In this document: positions 8,891-18,543 of the stretch, piece by piece
Layout: every line of letters starts with the position of its first letter
Position numbering within the stretch: position 1 is the stretch's first letter
Program-made: the position numbers and the translations under genes
The notes under the pieces: generated by a model
The model's input: the letters and a program-made list of their open reading frames with translations, nothing else
Told to the model about the DNA's origin: nothing
Database searches by the model: none
Assembly: GCA_963806755.1 (NCBI GenBank)
Contig: CAWDZR010000024.1
Location: 12,091 to 76,090 of the forward strand
Direction of reading: 5' to 3'
Length of the DNA: 64,000 nucleotides
Source: an uncultured Gemmatimonadales bacterium
Lineage (GTDB): Bacteria; Gemmatimonadota; Gemmatimonadetes; Gemmatimonadales; JACORV01

Positions 8891-10702
8891 CTACTGGAAC
8901 GTCGCCGTCGCAGTGTTGGCGCCGGTAATGTTGCCCACGACGCAACTCTGTGATGTCGCGAGCGCGCAGATGCCACTCCAGGTTCCGAACGTCGAGCCCG
9001 AAGTCGGCGTTGCGGTCAGGGTTACGAACGTGGGGCTCGGATAGGTTCCGCCGCACGCCCCGCTCGCGACCCCCGCCGTTATCGAGCAGTTGAGCGCCCC
9101 TTGTCCTCCCGCCGCCGGTGCCGTGACTGTCCCATTGCCCGACCCAGCTCCTGTCACTGTGAGCGCGTAGCTCCCGGTAGCGCCGAATCCTGCAATGGCG
9201 GTCCACGGCCCCGTGATGTTCCCCACGATACAGGTCGAGTCCGTCGCCAAGCTACACACCCCAGTCCAACTCGTGAACCCTGATCCCGTGCTGTGGATGG
9301 CCGTCAGCGTCACCAGGGTTGCCTGCGGGTACGTCCCGCTGCACGCCCCACTCGTGACCCCTGCCGTGATCGTGCAGTTCAGCGCTGCCTGGCCCCCGGC
9401 CGCCGGTGCCGTCACCGTCCCGTTCCCCGCCCCCGTCCCCGCTACGGTCAGCGTGTAGGTCGGGGACACTGCCCCGAACGACGCCGTCGCTGTCCACGGC
9501 CCCGTGATGTTCCCGACGATGCAGGTCGAATCCGTCGCCAGACTGCACACCCCGCTCCAGCTGCCGAAGGTCGAGCCCGTCCCCGCCTTCGCCGTCAGCG
9601 TCACCAGGGTTGCCTGCGGGTACGTCCCGCTGCACGCCCCACTCGTGACCCCTGCCGTGATCGTGCAGTTCAGCGCTGCCTGGCCCCCGGCCGCCGGTGC
9701 CGTCACCGTCCCGTTCCCCGCCCCCGTCCCCGCTACGGTCAGCGTGTAGGTCGGGGACACTGCCCCGAACGACGCCGTCGCTGTCCACGGCCCCGTGATG
9801 TTCCCGACGATGCAGGTCGAATCCGTCGCCAGACTGCACACCCCGCTCCAGCTGCCGAAGGTCGAGCCCGTCCCCGCCTTCGCCGTCAGCGTCACCAGGG
9901 TTGCCTGCGGGTACGTCCCGCTGCACGCCCCACTCGTGACCCCTGCCGTGATCGTGCAGTTCAGCGCTGCCTGGCCCCCGGCCGCCGGTGCCGTCACCGT
10001 CCCGTTCCCCGCCCCCGTCCCCGCTACGGTCAGCGTGTAGGTCGGGGACACTGCCCCGAACGACGCCGTCGCTGTCCACGGCCCCGTGATGTTCCCGACG
10101 ATGCAGGTCGAATCCGTCGCCAGACTGCACACCCCGCTCCAGCTGCCGAAGGTCGAGCCCGTCCCCGCCTTCGCCGTCAGCGTCACCAGGGTTGCCTGCG
10201 GGTACGTCCCGCTGCACGCCCCACTCGTGACCCCTGCCGTGATCGTGCAGTTCAGCGCTGCCTGGCCCCCGGCCGCCGGTGCCGTCACCGTCCCGTTCCC
10301 CGCCCCCGTCCCCGCTACGGTCAGCGTGTAGGTCGGGGACACTGCCCCGAACGACGCCGTCGCTGTCCACGGCCCCGTGATGTTCCCGACGATGCAGGTC
10401 GAATCCGTCGCCAGACTGCACACCCCGCTCCAGCTGCCGAAGGTCGAGCCCGTCCCCGCCTTCGCCGTCAGCGTCACCAGGGTTGCCTGCGGGTACGTCC
10501 CGCTGCACGCCCCACTCGTGACCCCTGCCGTGATCGTGCAGTTCAGCGCTGCCTGGCCCCCGGCCGCCGGTGCCGTCACCGTCCCGTTCCCCGCCCCCGT
10601 CCCCGCTACGGTCACGGTATAAGTGGCCGGTTCAGTCGTGCCATTGCACGAAGCGATGCCCACCAGCGCGAGGAGAGTTGAACCCAGAGATCGCGGCCGC
10701 AT
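8891..10702 (-). CDS. Surface lipoprotein with six ~97-aa InlB B-repeat-like (Flg_new-type) domains
   Basis: Lipobox IASC; repeats YTLTV.GTG.GNGTVT...C...C...VTLTA...GSTFGSWSGVC...C..TATASF. Confidence 0.8.
   Translation of the reverse strand: MRPRSLGSTLLALVGIASCNGTTEPATYTVTVAGTGAGNGTVTAPAAGGQAALNCTITAGVTSGACSGTYPQATLVTLTAKAGTGSTFGSWSGVCSLATDSTCIVGNITGPWTATASFGAVSPTYTLTVAGTGAGNGTVTAPAAGGQAALNCTITAGVTSGACSGTYPQATLVTLTAKAGTGSTFGSWSGVCSLATDSTCIVGNITGPWTATASFGAVSPTYTLTVAGTGAGNGTVTAPAAGGQAALNCTITAGVTSGACSGTYPQATLVTLTAKAGTGSTFGSWSGVCSLATDSTCIVGNITGPWTATASFGAVSPTYTLTVAGTGAGNGTVTAPAAGGQAALNCTITAGVTSGACSGTYPQATLVTLTAKAGTGSTFGSWSGVCSLATDSTCIVGNITGPWTATASFGAVSPTYTLTVAGTGAGNGTVTAPAAGGQAALNCTITAGVTSGACSGTYPQATLVTLTAIHSTGSGFTSWTGVCSLATDSTCIVGNITGPWTAIAGFGATGSYALTVTGAGSGNGTVTAPAAGGQGALNCSITAGVASGACGGTYPSPTFVTLTATPTSGSTFGTWSGICALATSQSCVVGNITGANTATATFQ
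9300..10614. repeat. Perfect 291-bp tandem repeat, about 4.5 copies, plus diverged flanking units
   Basis: Identical antisense ORFs at 9504, 9795, 10086 and (one terminal residue differs) 10377; DNA identity read directly. Confidence 0.95.
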
Positions 10703-10914
10703 AGCTCGAACCTCCACTGACGCATTGATCGCACGATCAGCCTTGGATCATGCCGACCCCCCAATCACGCATTTCCGCGCCTTGCCGACCCGCACGCCCA
10801 GACCCTACCTTCTCGGTGCGACCCAATCCGGCAGGACTCGACGAGCGGTGACCGGGGGACCGGTTTCTCTTTCCGGAACTCATAGGTAGGGAACCGAGGT
10901 CACAAGCGAGTCAG

Positions 10915-13900
10915 ATGCCTGCTGGAAGCAGTGTTTCAGGCTCAAATGACGCCCAACTGACGCTCACTACTCTGGGCGGTTGGGGACTCTCGGCGTTGCT
11001 CGGCACAGACCCGGCTTCGCTGTTCGGCCCCTCAAAGCCGTTGGCGCTACTCGCCTATCTCGCCCTCTCCCCCGGCCGGACCGCCCAGCGAGAGCATCTC
11101 CTCGACCTACTGTGGGCCGACCTCGAACCCACCGCCGCGAGACACGCGTACCGCCAGACCATCTGGTACATCCGCCAGCGCCTCGGCGAGGCATCGCTCA
11201 AGGCCGGCGGGAACCAGCTCTCCCTGGTCGCCGCGGTCCTCACGGACTGCGACTCCTTCCTCGCCGCGGTCGAACGCCAGGACTGGGAGCGCGCCGTCGC
11301 AGTCTACGCGGGCGACTTCCTCCCGGGCTTCGCTGCGCCCGGCGGTGCCGAGTTCGAACGGTGGGTCGACCTCGAACGCTTCCGCCTGCGAGGGCTGTTT
11401 GCGCGGGCCGGCGAGGCGCTCGCCCGCCGCCACCTGACCGCCGGCCATGCGCGCGAGGCGGTCGCCCTCGCCCGGCGAGTTCGAGACACGGACCGCGCGT
11501 CCGAGCCCGGTTGGCGCCTGCTGCTCGAGGCCCTAATGGCAGCGGGGGACGCGGTCGGCGCCGCGGTCGAAGCGGACGGACTGGAGCGCATGCTCCAGGA
11601 GGAAGGGCGAGACCCCGAACCGGCCACACGCGCCGCGCTGCGCGTCGCCCGGCAGCAACCTCAGTACCAGTTGGTGGACGGCGCCACGCCGACCACCCTC
11701 GTCGCCGAACTGATTGGCCGCGAGCGGGAGTTCGGCGCGATCGTCGCCGCCTGGGATGCGGCGCGCCACGGGGCATCGCGACACATCCACATCGCCGGCG
11801 CCGCAGGCTTGGGCAAGTCGCGCCTCCTCGCCGACGCGCAGACCCGGCTCCGCGCATCGGGCGCTCGCACGCTGCTGGTGCGCGCGACCCCCGGCGAACG
11901 GACGCTGTCCTACGCCCTGGCCGCGGACCTGGCGGTGGCGCTCGCTACCCTACCCGGCTCCGCGGGAATATCTGCCGCGACCGCCGGCACCCTGGTCGGC
12001 CTCGCACCCGCCCTCGCGTCGCGCTATCCGGCCGCCGAGCCGGATCGCTCGGCGGGCGACGAGCTGCCTCGCCGCCGGGTGCTCGCCGTCGCCGAGCTGT
12101 TAGCCGCGGTCGCCGACGAAGCGCCGCTCGCCCTGCTGCTCGACGACGCTCACTGGATGGACGGCCATTCGCGCCGGCTCGTCGCCACGCTCGTCGGGCG
12201 ACTGGGCCGCAGCCCGGTGCTCGTCGTCAGCACGGCGAGGCCGGGGCCCGAGGGCCAGCTCGAGAGCGGGATCACCGAACTTCTCTCGCTCGAGCCCCTG
12301 ACGGCCTCGCAGGTCGGCGCCCTCGTTGCCTCGTTCGGCCCGATCCCGCATGCAAGTTGGGCCTCGACGCTGCCCGAGCGCCTCCGTGCGGCCGCCGACG
12401 GCTCCCCGCTCATCGTCCTCGAGACGCTCGAGCTGGCCATCGAGCGTGCAATCCTCGACCTGGGCCCAGCAGGCTGGCAGTGCCCGGCTCCAGACGACCT
12501 GGAACGGCTGCTCGCCGGCGGCGCAGCCCTCCGTCAACGACTGGAGCGGCTGTCGCGGGAGCAGCGATGGCTCCTGCTGCTCCTGGCAGTCCACGGTACC
12601 CCGCTGTCGCTCGACATGCTGCTGCTCGCGGCGCCGCGCTCCAGAGACTCGTTCGAATCCGACATCTCGACGCTGGAACAGCGGGGGCTCGTATTACGCC
12701 AGCAGGGAAACTGGCAGCCGATGCATGACGCCATCGCAGAGATGGCGATCGAGCTGGCTCCAGAGGAGGCCATACACGCCGCCCACGCGGCGCTCGGGAG
12801 CGCTGTGGCGGTGAACAGCGCCGACTCCGACGCATTGGCTCGAGCGGCGCAGCACTTTGCTGCCGCGGGCGACGTCCATGCGTTGGACCTCGTGTTCCGG
12901 CGCTGGTTGCGAGCCGTCCGCTCTCAAGGGGACCGCCGCGGCCTGAAACCGCTCGCCCGCGAACTGCTGGGGCACGAGGGCAATGGCCGCGTCGATGCGT
13001 TGGTGCGCGCTTTGCCCGTCCATGTGAGGTTAGGCGTCGTTACCCCGGCGCGTATCGCCGTGCTGGTCGGTCTGGTCGGCCTCGCCGCCGCCGGCGTCGG
13101 TTCCCGACTCGCGTCGCGTTCGGGCGTTGCCATCCGGATTGTCAGTCTCATGCCTGACGGCGACAGCAGCAGACCGGTCCAAATCGAGGTCCGTGACGCC
13201 GACCTCCTCGCGCAGCGGACATTGGACCTCGCCACCGGCGCCCGCGTCTCCGACCTGCCTGGGAAGCTGCCATCCGGCGCGGTCCAATTTACCAGCCTAG
13301 GCGGAGGAGTCTGGTCCTGGGCCCTTGAGACAGGGCGCCCTAACGGACAAGAACCGTTCGTCGGTACGCGGCGAGGCTGGCTGCACGTGCCTCCAGCTCC
13401 CGGAGACGATGCCGTCGAGAGCATCTCGCCTGATGGGGGCTACCTTGCTCTCTACACCGACCGATGGTCCGCCAGCAACGCGGGCGACGTCGCGGTCTTC
13501 GACATCGCTCGACACTCGGTGCGGCAGCTCACTTCGGGACCTACCCGAGACATCGCAGGGGCGTGGTCGCGCGACGGCACGCGCATCGCGTTCATCAGGC
13601 GCCACTATGACCTCCAGCCAGATGAGTTGTGCTGGGTAACATTCGATGGCCGACGAAAGTCCTGCTTTGCCCCACCGGGTTGGAACGTGGTGAGCTTCGC
13701 CGGAGGATGGTTCTCGCCGCACGAAATCCTCGTCCTGGGACTCGATTCCGCTGGCACATCATCGGTGTACTCGGTCAACCTCGACACGCACACGAGCAAT
13801 CAACTCTTCGCCGCCACGGCTGCCAGAGGGCTTGGGAATACAACCTGGATCTTGGGTCTTTGCCCTGCGCAGGCGGGCGGCGGCAATGAGTGGCAACTGC

Positions 13901-14934
13901 GGCGCAGCGACGTCCCCGGCCGTGCCATTCACCTTACGGGGGTATCAGGACTCGTCGCCCCACCCGCGCTGGCCTTCGCCGATCACGAGCACGCATCCCA
14001 GAGCTACCTCTCCAGCATTGGGCTCATCGGACCGCCGGCCGGCGCCGTCGCGCCTGGCGTGCCGTTTCGCTACCGGATCAGCGGCCTTGCAGCAGACGGT
14101 CACCCGATCGAGGTCCCCGTCGTCGAGTGGGCGACGGCGGACAGCTCGATCGCCACGATCAGTGCAGACGGAGTTCTGATCGGCAACCGGCCCGGTCGCA
14201 CCACGGTCTACGCGTCAGCTGGTGGATGGCGCTCCGACTCTGCCGCAGTGAACGTTGCAGCGAAAAGCGAGCACATCGACCTATCCGAAACCTGGACGGG
14301 GCCGTGGGCGGCGCGCTGGCGCGTCTACGGCGAACCGGTGCCACGCGTCGTGCGCGGACCGGGGGGAATGGCGTTGTTCGTCGCCGGAGATAGCAGCTAT
14401 TACAGCGGTGTCTACTCGAGGACCGCCTTTGCTTCCGATAGCGGCCTCGGAGTCCGGTTGACGATTCGAACACCCTCGCCCGTCGGAAAGTGGCAGGAGA
14501 TCCACGTCTCGCTGTCGTCCCTCCTGGACTCGGCGGCCTTGCGAACTTGGGATCACCGCACCGCTGCGCTTCCAAGGACCGCAGAAGACGTCAGGTTGAG
14601 CTGCGAGGCTGGTTATCCGGCAGGTGAGGCCGCATGGAGCAAGAACTACGTCCTGCTATCGGCTGGGGGCGAGGCGGTGTACGCCCCTGTGTCCCCGACG
14701 CTAGCAAACGGGAGTCCATGGGTGCTGACCTTGCAGCTGCTGCCGGACGGGAGGTGCGGCGTTGCCGTCAACGGCAATGCCATGCAGGTGTCAATGGCAG
14801 AAGTGTCCGCATCCGTTTCCCGCCACCTGATCGTTGATGGCCAATCGGTGCGAACCCGGCTCCTTGTGGAGAACATCGAGGTCTGGCGAGGCGTCAAGAA
14901 CGACATCGACTGGACTCGACCCGAAGGACACTAG
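10915..14934 (+). CDS. SARP/BTAD activator + AAA ATPase + TM helix + TolB-like propeller + Big_2 Ig + C-terminal beta-sandwich
   Basis: KPLALLAYLAL, REHLLDLLW, GAAGLGKS, LLLDDAHWMD, TM RIAVLVGLVGLAAAGV, SPDG/WSRDGTRIAF, WATADSSIATISADG. Confidence 0.82.
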   Translation: MPAGSSVSGSNDAQLTLTTLGGWGLSALLGTDPASLFGPSKPLALLAYLALSPGRTAQREHLLDLLWADLEPTAARHAYRQTIWYIRQRLGEASLKAGGNQLSLVAAVLTDCDSFLAAVERQDWERAVAVYAGDFLPGFAAPGGAEFERWVDLERFRLRGLFARAGEALARRHLTAGHAREAVALARRVRDTDRASEPGWRLLLEALMAAGDAVGAAVEADGLERMLQEEGRDPEPATRAALRVARQQPQYQLVDGATPTTLVAELIGREREFGAIVAAWDAARHGASRHIHIAGAAGLGKSRLLADAQTRLRASGARTLLVRATPGERTLSYALAADLAVALATLPGSAGISAATAGTLVGLAPALASRYPAAEPDRSAGDELPRRRVLAVAELLAAVADEAPLALLLDDAHWMDGHSRRLVATLVGRLGRSPVLVVSTARPGPEGQLESGITELLSLEPLTASQVGALVASFGPIPHASWASTLPERLRAAADGSPLIVLETLELAIERAILDLGPAGWQCPAPDDLERLLAGGAALRQRLERLSREQRWLLLLLAVHGTPLSLDMLLLAAPRSRDSFESDISTLEQRGLVLRQQGNWQPMHDAIAEMAIELAPEEAIHAAHAALGSAVAVNSADSDALARAAQHFAAAGDVHALDLVFRRWLRAVRSQGDRRGLKPLARELLGHEGNGRVDALVRALPVHVRLGVVTPARIAVLVGLVGLAAAGVGSRLASRSGVAIRIVSLMPDGDSSRPVQIEVRDADLLAQRTLDLATGARVSDLPGKLPSGAVQFTSLGGGVWSWALETGRPNGQEPFVGTRRGWLHVPPAPGDDAVESISPDGGYLALYTDRWSASNAGDVAVFDIARHSVRQLTSGPTRDIAGAWSRDGTRIAFIRRHYDLQPDELCWVTFDGRRKSCFAPPGWNVVSFAGGWFSPHEILVLGLDSAGTSSVYSVNLDTHTSNQLFAATAARGLGNTTWILGLCPAQAGGGNEWQLRRSDVPGRAIHLTGVSGLVAPPALAFADHEHASQSYLSSIGLIGPPAGAVAPGVPFRYRISGLAADGHPIEVPVVEWATADSSIATISADGVLIGNRPGRTTVYASAGGWRSDSAAVNVAAKSEHIDLSETWTGPWAARWRVYGEPVPRVVRGPGGMALFVAGDSSYYSGVYSRTAFASDSGLGVRLTIRTPSPVGKWQEIHVSLSSLLDSAALRTWDHRTAALPRTAEDVRLSCEAGYPAGEAAWSKNYVLLSAGGEAVYAPVSPTLANGSPWVLTLQLLPDGRCGVAVNGNAMQVSMAEVSASVSRHLIVDGQSVRTRLLVENIEVWRGVKNDIDWTRPEGH

Positions 14935-14963
14935 GTCGCTTCCGCGGAAGCTGGACCAGCCGA

Positions 14964-14994
14964 CCCCCCGGGGGCCCCAATCGGGGCCCCGGGG
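14964..14994. terminator. GC-rich hairpin between convergent genes
   Basis: ccccgggggcccc-aatc-ggggccccgggg inverted repeat with one bulge. Confidence 0.5.
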
Positions 14995-15044
14995 TGTGGT
15001 ATTGCGACCGTGGCGCACGGTCGGCCTTTCCCCGCTGACGGCCC

Positions 15045-15521
15045 CTACCGCCCGGCCGTCGTCCCCCGCGGGTCGTCGGCCGCGTGCACGTACGTGATTT
15101 CGAACGGGCCCTCCCCGTTCACCTGGACCACGGTCTTCCGCGCGGCGACGGCGAAGTGATGCGCCCGCGCCGGCGCCGTGATGAAACCGTCCTGCCCCAG
15201 CGTCATGGCCTGGTGGGTATCCACCGAGTCGCCCATGCCGACGAGGAAGCGACCCGACAGCACCGTCACGTTCTCGTCCGTCGGGTGGAAGTGGGGCGGG
15301 ATGACGTACCCGGCCGGAAACTCGAGCCGGATCGTGAACTCGCCCGACGCCGAGGGGTCGCCGGCCATCACGGCGATCCTCGCGCCGGCCGGCAGGAACG
15401 GCGGCGCGGGACCCCACTTCACGGCGGGAGCCGGCCCCGCCTTGCCGAGGGCCGGCCCGAACGCCGCGGCACCCGAGACGACCGCCACCAGACCGACGAC
15501 TGCCAATCGCATGGCACGCAT
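15045..15521 (-). CDS. Secreted cupin domain protein
   Basis: Signal peptide, GDPS, PPHFHPTDENVTVLSG and PARAHH cupin motifs; GGAGG RBS. Confidence 0.85.
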   Translation of the reverse strand: MRAMRLAVVGLVAVVSGAAAFGPALGKAGPAPAVKWGPAPPFLPAGARIAVMAGDPSASGEFTIRLEFPAGYVIPPHFHPTDENVTVLSGRFLVGMGDSVDTHQAMTLGQDGFITAPARAHHFAVAARKTVVQVNGEGPFEITYVHAADDPRGTTAGR

Positions 15522-15686
15522 GCACAACCTCCGAGCGAGGCCGCGAGCGCTCGCGGCCGGATGAATGGAAACGGGATCGTGGTGTCGGAGGCTATGGTAA
15601 GGCAGCTCGGCGTCCCGCGCTTCGCCCGGTCGGGCCAAGGCCCGCCCGTGGCTCGAAAGGGCCATGGGAAACCCAGGGGCGAGGGA

Positions 15687-17360
15687 CTAGAGCAGGCCCA
15701 GCTTCGCGGCGTGGGCGGCGGCGGCCGCGCGGGTCTTGAGGCCGAGCCGGGTCAGCAGGTTCGCGACGTGGCGCTTGACGGTGTGCTCGCTCAGCGACAG
15801 CCGCCGGGCGATTTCCGCATTGCTGGCGCCCTGCGCCACCAGGCGCAGGATCTCGAGCTGTCGCCGCGTGACCGGCCCGGGCGCCGTTGCGGGGGCGGCA
15901 GGCTCCGGCGCCTTCAGCCGGGCCATGAGAGCCTCGCCCTGCGCCGCGGCGCCGGCCGCACCCAGGTGCGCCAGCGCCCGGGTCGCCTCGGCCGCCTCCT
16001 TCAGGGCCCGGTCGCGCTCGCCGATCCGACCGAGGGCGGCCGCCAGCTCGAGCCGCGTCCGGCCCTCTTCGTAAGGCGCCCCGCTGCGCTGATAGAAGCC
16101 GGCGGATTCCTCCAGAGCGCGGCTCGCCGCACGATCGTCTTCGCGCGCAGACAGCAGTGCGGCGCGAGCCGCGGCCGCCGACGCGCGGAGGGGATCGGTG
16201 GCCACGCCCGCCGCGATCTCCTCCAGATCGGCCAGAGCGGCCGCCGCCTCCTCGAGGTCCCCGGATCCGGCCCGCGCCCGCACCGCCAGCTCGACCAGCG
16301 CCGCGCGGCCGGTGCGATCCTCCGGCTGAAGCTGCCGCAGTAGGCGCTCGGACTCCGCCGCGGCGCTGCGCGCGTCTCCGCGCTCGAGCATCAGGGCCAC
16401 GCGTCCGAGCGAGGCCGACGGGTAGCCGCCGCCCTGCTCGAACAACCGCTCCGCCTCTTCGAGCCGCCCCTGCCGGAGACGCAGCTCGCCCAGCCGCGCC
16501 ATCGCCTGCCCGACCATCGCCGGCTTGGTGGCGCCGAGGTCGGTCGCCGCCTGCGTCAGCTCGGCCTCCGCGGCCGCCCACTCGCCGCGCCAGATCAGCA
16601 CGCCGGCGTACTGCGACCGGCACACGCCCGAGAGCGGCACGTTGCGCCACCGCTTGGCGAACTCCCGGACCCGGATGCACCACTGCGCCGCGCGCTCGTA
16701 GTCGCGCACCCGCTCGCAGGCGAACATCTGCCAGCAGCACACCACGCCGACCGCGTGCAGCTCCTTGACCTCGCCCGCCGTCGCGGCCGCGGTCGCCTCG
16801 TCGAGGCGCCGCATCCCGGCCGCGACCTCCCCGGCCGTCACCAGGGCCAGTCCCTCGAGCGCGAGCCCGTTCATCTCGACCCCGGGATCGCCCACCACCC
16901 GCCCCAGCTCGGCGGCGCGGCGGCCGAGATCCTGCGCGCGCCGCGGGTCGTGATGGCGGAACAGGTCGAGCTCGCCCTCCCGTGTCAGCAGCCAGCCGTA
17001 CTCCGCCGTGCGCTCCCGGCCCTCGAGCAGCCGCCGCGCGCGCTCGAGCCAGCCGCTGGCCACCGCGAATTCGGCGCGGAACGCGAGGTAGTCCCAGGTC
17101 AGCCAGATCGCCATCCGGGCGGCGCCGAGCGCGTCGTCCCGTTCGCGATAGGCGCGGTACGCCCGCTCCCGCGCGTCGAGCGTGAGGGCGCCGTCGTCGA
17201 GCCACCACGCGGCGAGGCCGAGTCCCTCCAGGGCCTCGGCGCGCTCCGCGCCCTCCAGCGCGGCGACGAAATGCGCGCGGGCTTCCTCCCAGGAGCCACC
17301 CGCCAACGCCGTCCGGCCGGCTTCAATCAGCGCATCGGAAGAGAGGTGCAGCGACACCAC
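15687..17360 (-). CDS. TPR-containing LuxR-family transcriptional regulator
   Basis: C-terminal HTH TRRQLEILRLVAQGASNAEIARRLSLSEHTVKRHVANL; helical repeats; start approximate. Confidence 0.88.
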   Translation of the reverse strand: MVSLHLSSDALIEAGRTALAGGSWEEARAHFVAALEGAERAEALEGLGLAAWWLDDGALTLDARERAYRAYRERDDALGAARMAIWLTWDYLAFRAEFAVASGWLERARRLLEGRERTAEYGWLLTREGELDLFRHHDPRRAQDLGRRAAELGRVVGDPGVEMNGLALEGLALVTAGEVAAGMRRLDEATAAATAGEVKELHAVGVVCCWQMFACERVRDYERAAQWCIRVREFAKRWRNVPLSGVCRSQYAGVLIWRGEWAAAEAELTQAATDLGATKPAMVGQAMARLGELRLRQGRLEEAERLFEQGGGYPSASLGRVALMLERGDARSAAAESERLLRQLQPEDRTGRAALVELAVRARAGSGDLEEAAAALADLEEIAAGVATDPLRASAAAARAALLSAREDDRAASRALEESAGFYQRSGAPYEEGRTRLELAAALGRIGERDRALKEAAEATRALAHLGAAGAAAQGEALMARLKAPEPAAPATAPGPVTRRQLEILRLVAQGASNAEIARRLSLSEHTVKRHVANLLTRLGLKTRAAAAAHAAKLGLL

Positions 17361-17497
17361 GGGGTCAACGCTACGGCCGGGCCCCACGGGTGTCAAAGCG
17401 ATTCTCCGGTCGGGCGCCGGGGCCCGCCCGGCGCCGCGGGGGCGGGGTTCCCCCGCGGAGCTTCCCAACCCGGCATCGGCGTGTTTCTTTCTTGACC

Positions 17498-18463
17498 ATG
17501 CCGATATCCGAAGGGCTGCGGGTCGCCGCCGCACTCGCTCGCGCCGTTGACGTGCTCCGACGCTCCCCCGAGCCGGGGCAGGCCCAGAAGGCCGCCCTGC
17601 GCACGCTCATCGCCGTGATGGCCGAGCGCTCGGCGACGTTCCGCCACTACGCGAACACGCTGACCGTGGACGGGGAGACGATCCCCACCGCCGACCCGCG
17701 CCTGGCCGCCTTCGCCGAGCGCCTCACCGGCCAGCACGTCGCCGAAATCGCGATCGCCAAGGGCGCCGGCGCCGACGAGCTGCTTGCCCTCGCGATCGGG
17801 CTCGCCTCCGATCCGGGCCACGGGCGCATCAAGGAGCGGCTGCGCGACGCCAACTCGGCGCGCGTGATGGTCGTCAACCACCAGTACGACACTCCCACTC
17901 CGCGCGGGGTCTCGGCCGCGTTCGAGAAGGTCAAGTTCGACCGCGCCGTGCTCGACGAGTGGAACAAGTTCCTGGAACAGGGCGCGCGGGCGGAAGCGGA
18001 GCGGATGCCAGCCGACGGGGCCGCCGGCGAGCACGCGGACGACCTGGTCGCGGGACAGGGCCAGCCCGCCCAGGCGGCGCCCGCGGCCCGGCGCACCGGT
18101 TTCGGCCCGGCCCTGCAGTCCAAGGACCTGGCCCAGACGCCGCCCCCGCAGCCCCGGCCGTCGCAGATGATCCAGCAGCCGCCGGCGCTGCAGGGCACGC
18201 CGTCGCTCGGCAACTGGTTCACGGCGTTCGAGCGCAGCCTCAAGGGCAAGTTCCCGGATCACTTCGGCGACGTGGACTGGGGCTTCCAGGTGGACCGCGC
18301 GGCGGGGACGGTGAGCGCGGGCGACAAGGGCGGCCGCGGGAGCGTCACGGTCCCGCTCCCCGAGGGCTTCGTCGAGGAGTCGGCGTGGATCCTCGCAGGC
18401 AAGATCCTCGTCGAGCTGCGCCGCCGGGCCGAGAAGGAAACGGGCCTCCGCAAGAAGCGCTGA
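17498..18463 (+). CDS. Hypothetical protein
   Basis: Typical codon usage; two domains joined by a Pro/Gln linker; no family recognised. Confidence 0.65.
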   Translation: MPISEGLRVAAALARAVDVLRRSPEPGQAQKAALRTLIAVMAERSATFRHYANTLTVDGETIPTADPRLAAFAERLTGQHVAEIAIAKGAGADELLALAIGLASDPGHGRIKERLRDANSARVMVVNHQYDTPTPRGVSAAFEKVKFDRAVLDEWNKFLEQGARAEAERMPADGAAGEHADDLVAGQGQPAQAAPAARRTGFGPALQSKDLAQTPPPQPRPSQMIQQPPALQGTPSLGNWFTAFERSLKGKFPDHFGDVDWGFQVDRAAGTVSAGDKGGRGSVTVPLPEGFVEESAWILAGKILVELRRRAEKETGLRKKR

Positions 18464-18487
18464 GCTGTGCGCGCGAGGCACCAAGCA

Positions 18488-18516
18488 CGACGGCCGCCCG
18501 CATGGGGCGGCCGTCG
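18488..18516. terminator. Hairpin between convergent genes
   Basis: cgacggccgccc-gcatg-gggcggccgtcg perfect 12-bp stem. Confidence 0.65.
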
Positions 18517-18543
18517 CGTTTACGGGGCCCGCGGGGCGAGTCG

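Noticed and set aside
5287-8976. 1229-aa minus-strand ORF and other long overlapping ORFs (17393..20368, 35128..38253, 47205..50186, 56725..59748)
   Set aside because: Shadow frames of real genes, expected at this GC content; Arg/Pro/Gly-rich with no motifs
9300-10614. Possible CRISPR array or mobile repeat
   Set aside because: Units are contiguous 291-bp in-frame coding repeats with no unique spacers and no cas genes
10760-10811. GCACG-N9-TACCTT upstream of the transmembrane BTAD gene as a regulon site
   Set aside because: No phased repeat 11 bp upstream; could be chance
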